In this document: piece after piece, positions 63,939 to 64,000 of the stretch
How the letters are laid out: each line of letters starts with the position of its first letter
How positions within the stretch are numbered: the first letter of the stretch is position 1
NCBI GenBank assembly: GCA_963776365.1
Contig: CAVZMQ010000004.1
Location: 2,054 to 66,053 of the forward strand
Direction: 5' to 3'
Length of the DNA stretch: 64,000 nucleotides
Origin: Candidatus Acidiferrales bacterium
GTDB taxonomy: Bacteria; Acidobacteriota; Terriglobia; Acidiferrales; UBA7541
Program-made: the position numbers and the translations under genes
Notes under the pieces: generated by a model
The model's database searches: none
Told to the model about the DNA's origin: nothing
What the model saw: only the letters and a program-made list of their open reading frames with translations

Positions 63939-64000
63939 GCCTTAACAGAAAGGCGCAGGACGAGGGCAGCCATATCGGGGTCAGCCGGAGGTTAGGCTCA

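Noticed and set aside
63939-63998. attC-like site (GCCTAAC...GTTAAGGC on the minus strand) directly before the ORF6N gene
   Set aside because: The outer boxes fit, but the inner arms do not pair into an L-box hairpin by eye; no matching site after the gene and no intI in the window.

Overview
A 64-kb accessory window rich in mobile elements and heavily decayed. Bases 1-45,000 look Acidobacteria-like by gene content (inference). This part has two eukaryote-like Ser/Thr kinases, ECF sigma/anti-sigma pairs, a broken propeller histidine kinase with its NarL-type regulator, tandem alpha/beta hydrolases with an ABATE/CGNR regulator, and many gene fragments. Its mobile elements are IS1202-like, IS110, IS1111-type, IS66 (8-bp TSD), IS630 and IS21 remnants, plus a tRNA-Val/integrase scar and a tRNA-Ala(TGC) between two convergent related tyrosine integrases. 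It also has a ~4-kb element (DUF6431, DnaG-like primase, two tyrosine recombinases) with 13-bp inverted ends. That element lies in a 9-kb run of single genes separated by TTACCGG-motif spacers. From ~45.3 kb the gene style looks Verrucomicrobia-like. Here a fragmented long-tailed-phage tail operon (terminator-like gene in two copies, frameshifted chaperone, tape measure) is bracketed by inverted ~32-bp repeats. Cargo is interleaved (WYL remnant, IS-interrupted membrane hydrolase, S53 peptidase, large lipoprotein, decayed HUH Rep), and several junctions carry the quasi-palindrome TGCAGACGCCTGCA. Protein family calls come from motif recognition by eye, not database searches. Some frameshifts and junctions may be sequencing or assembly artefacts.
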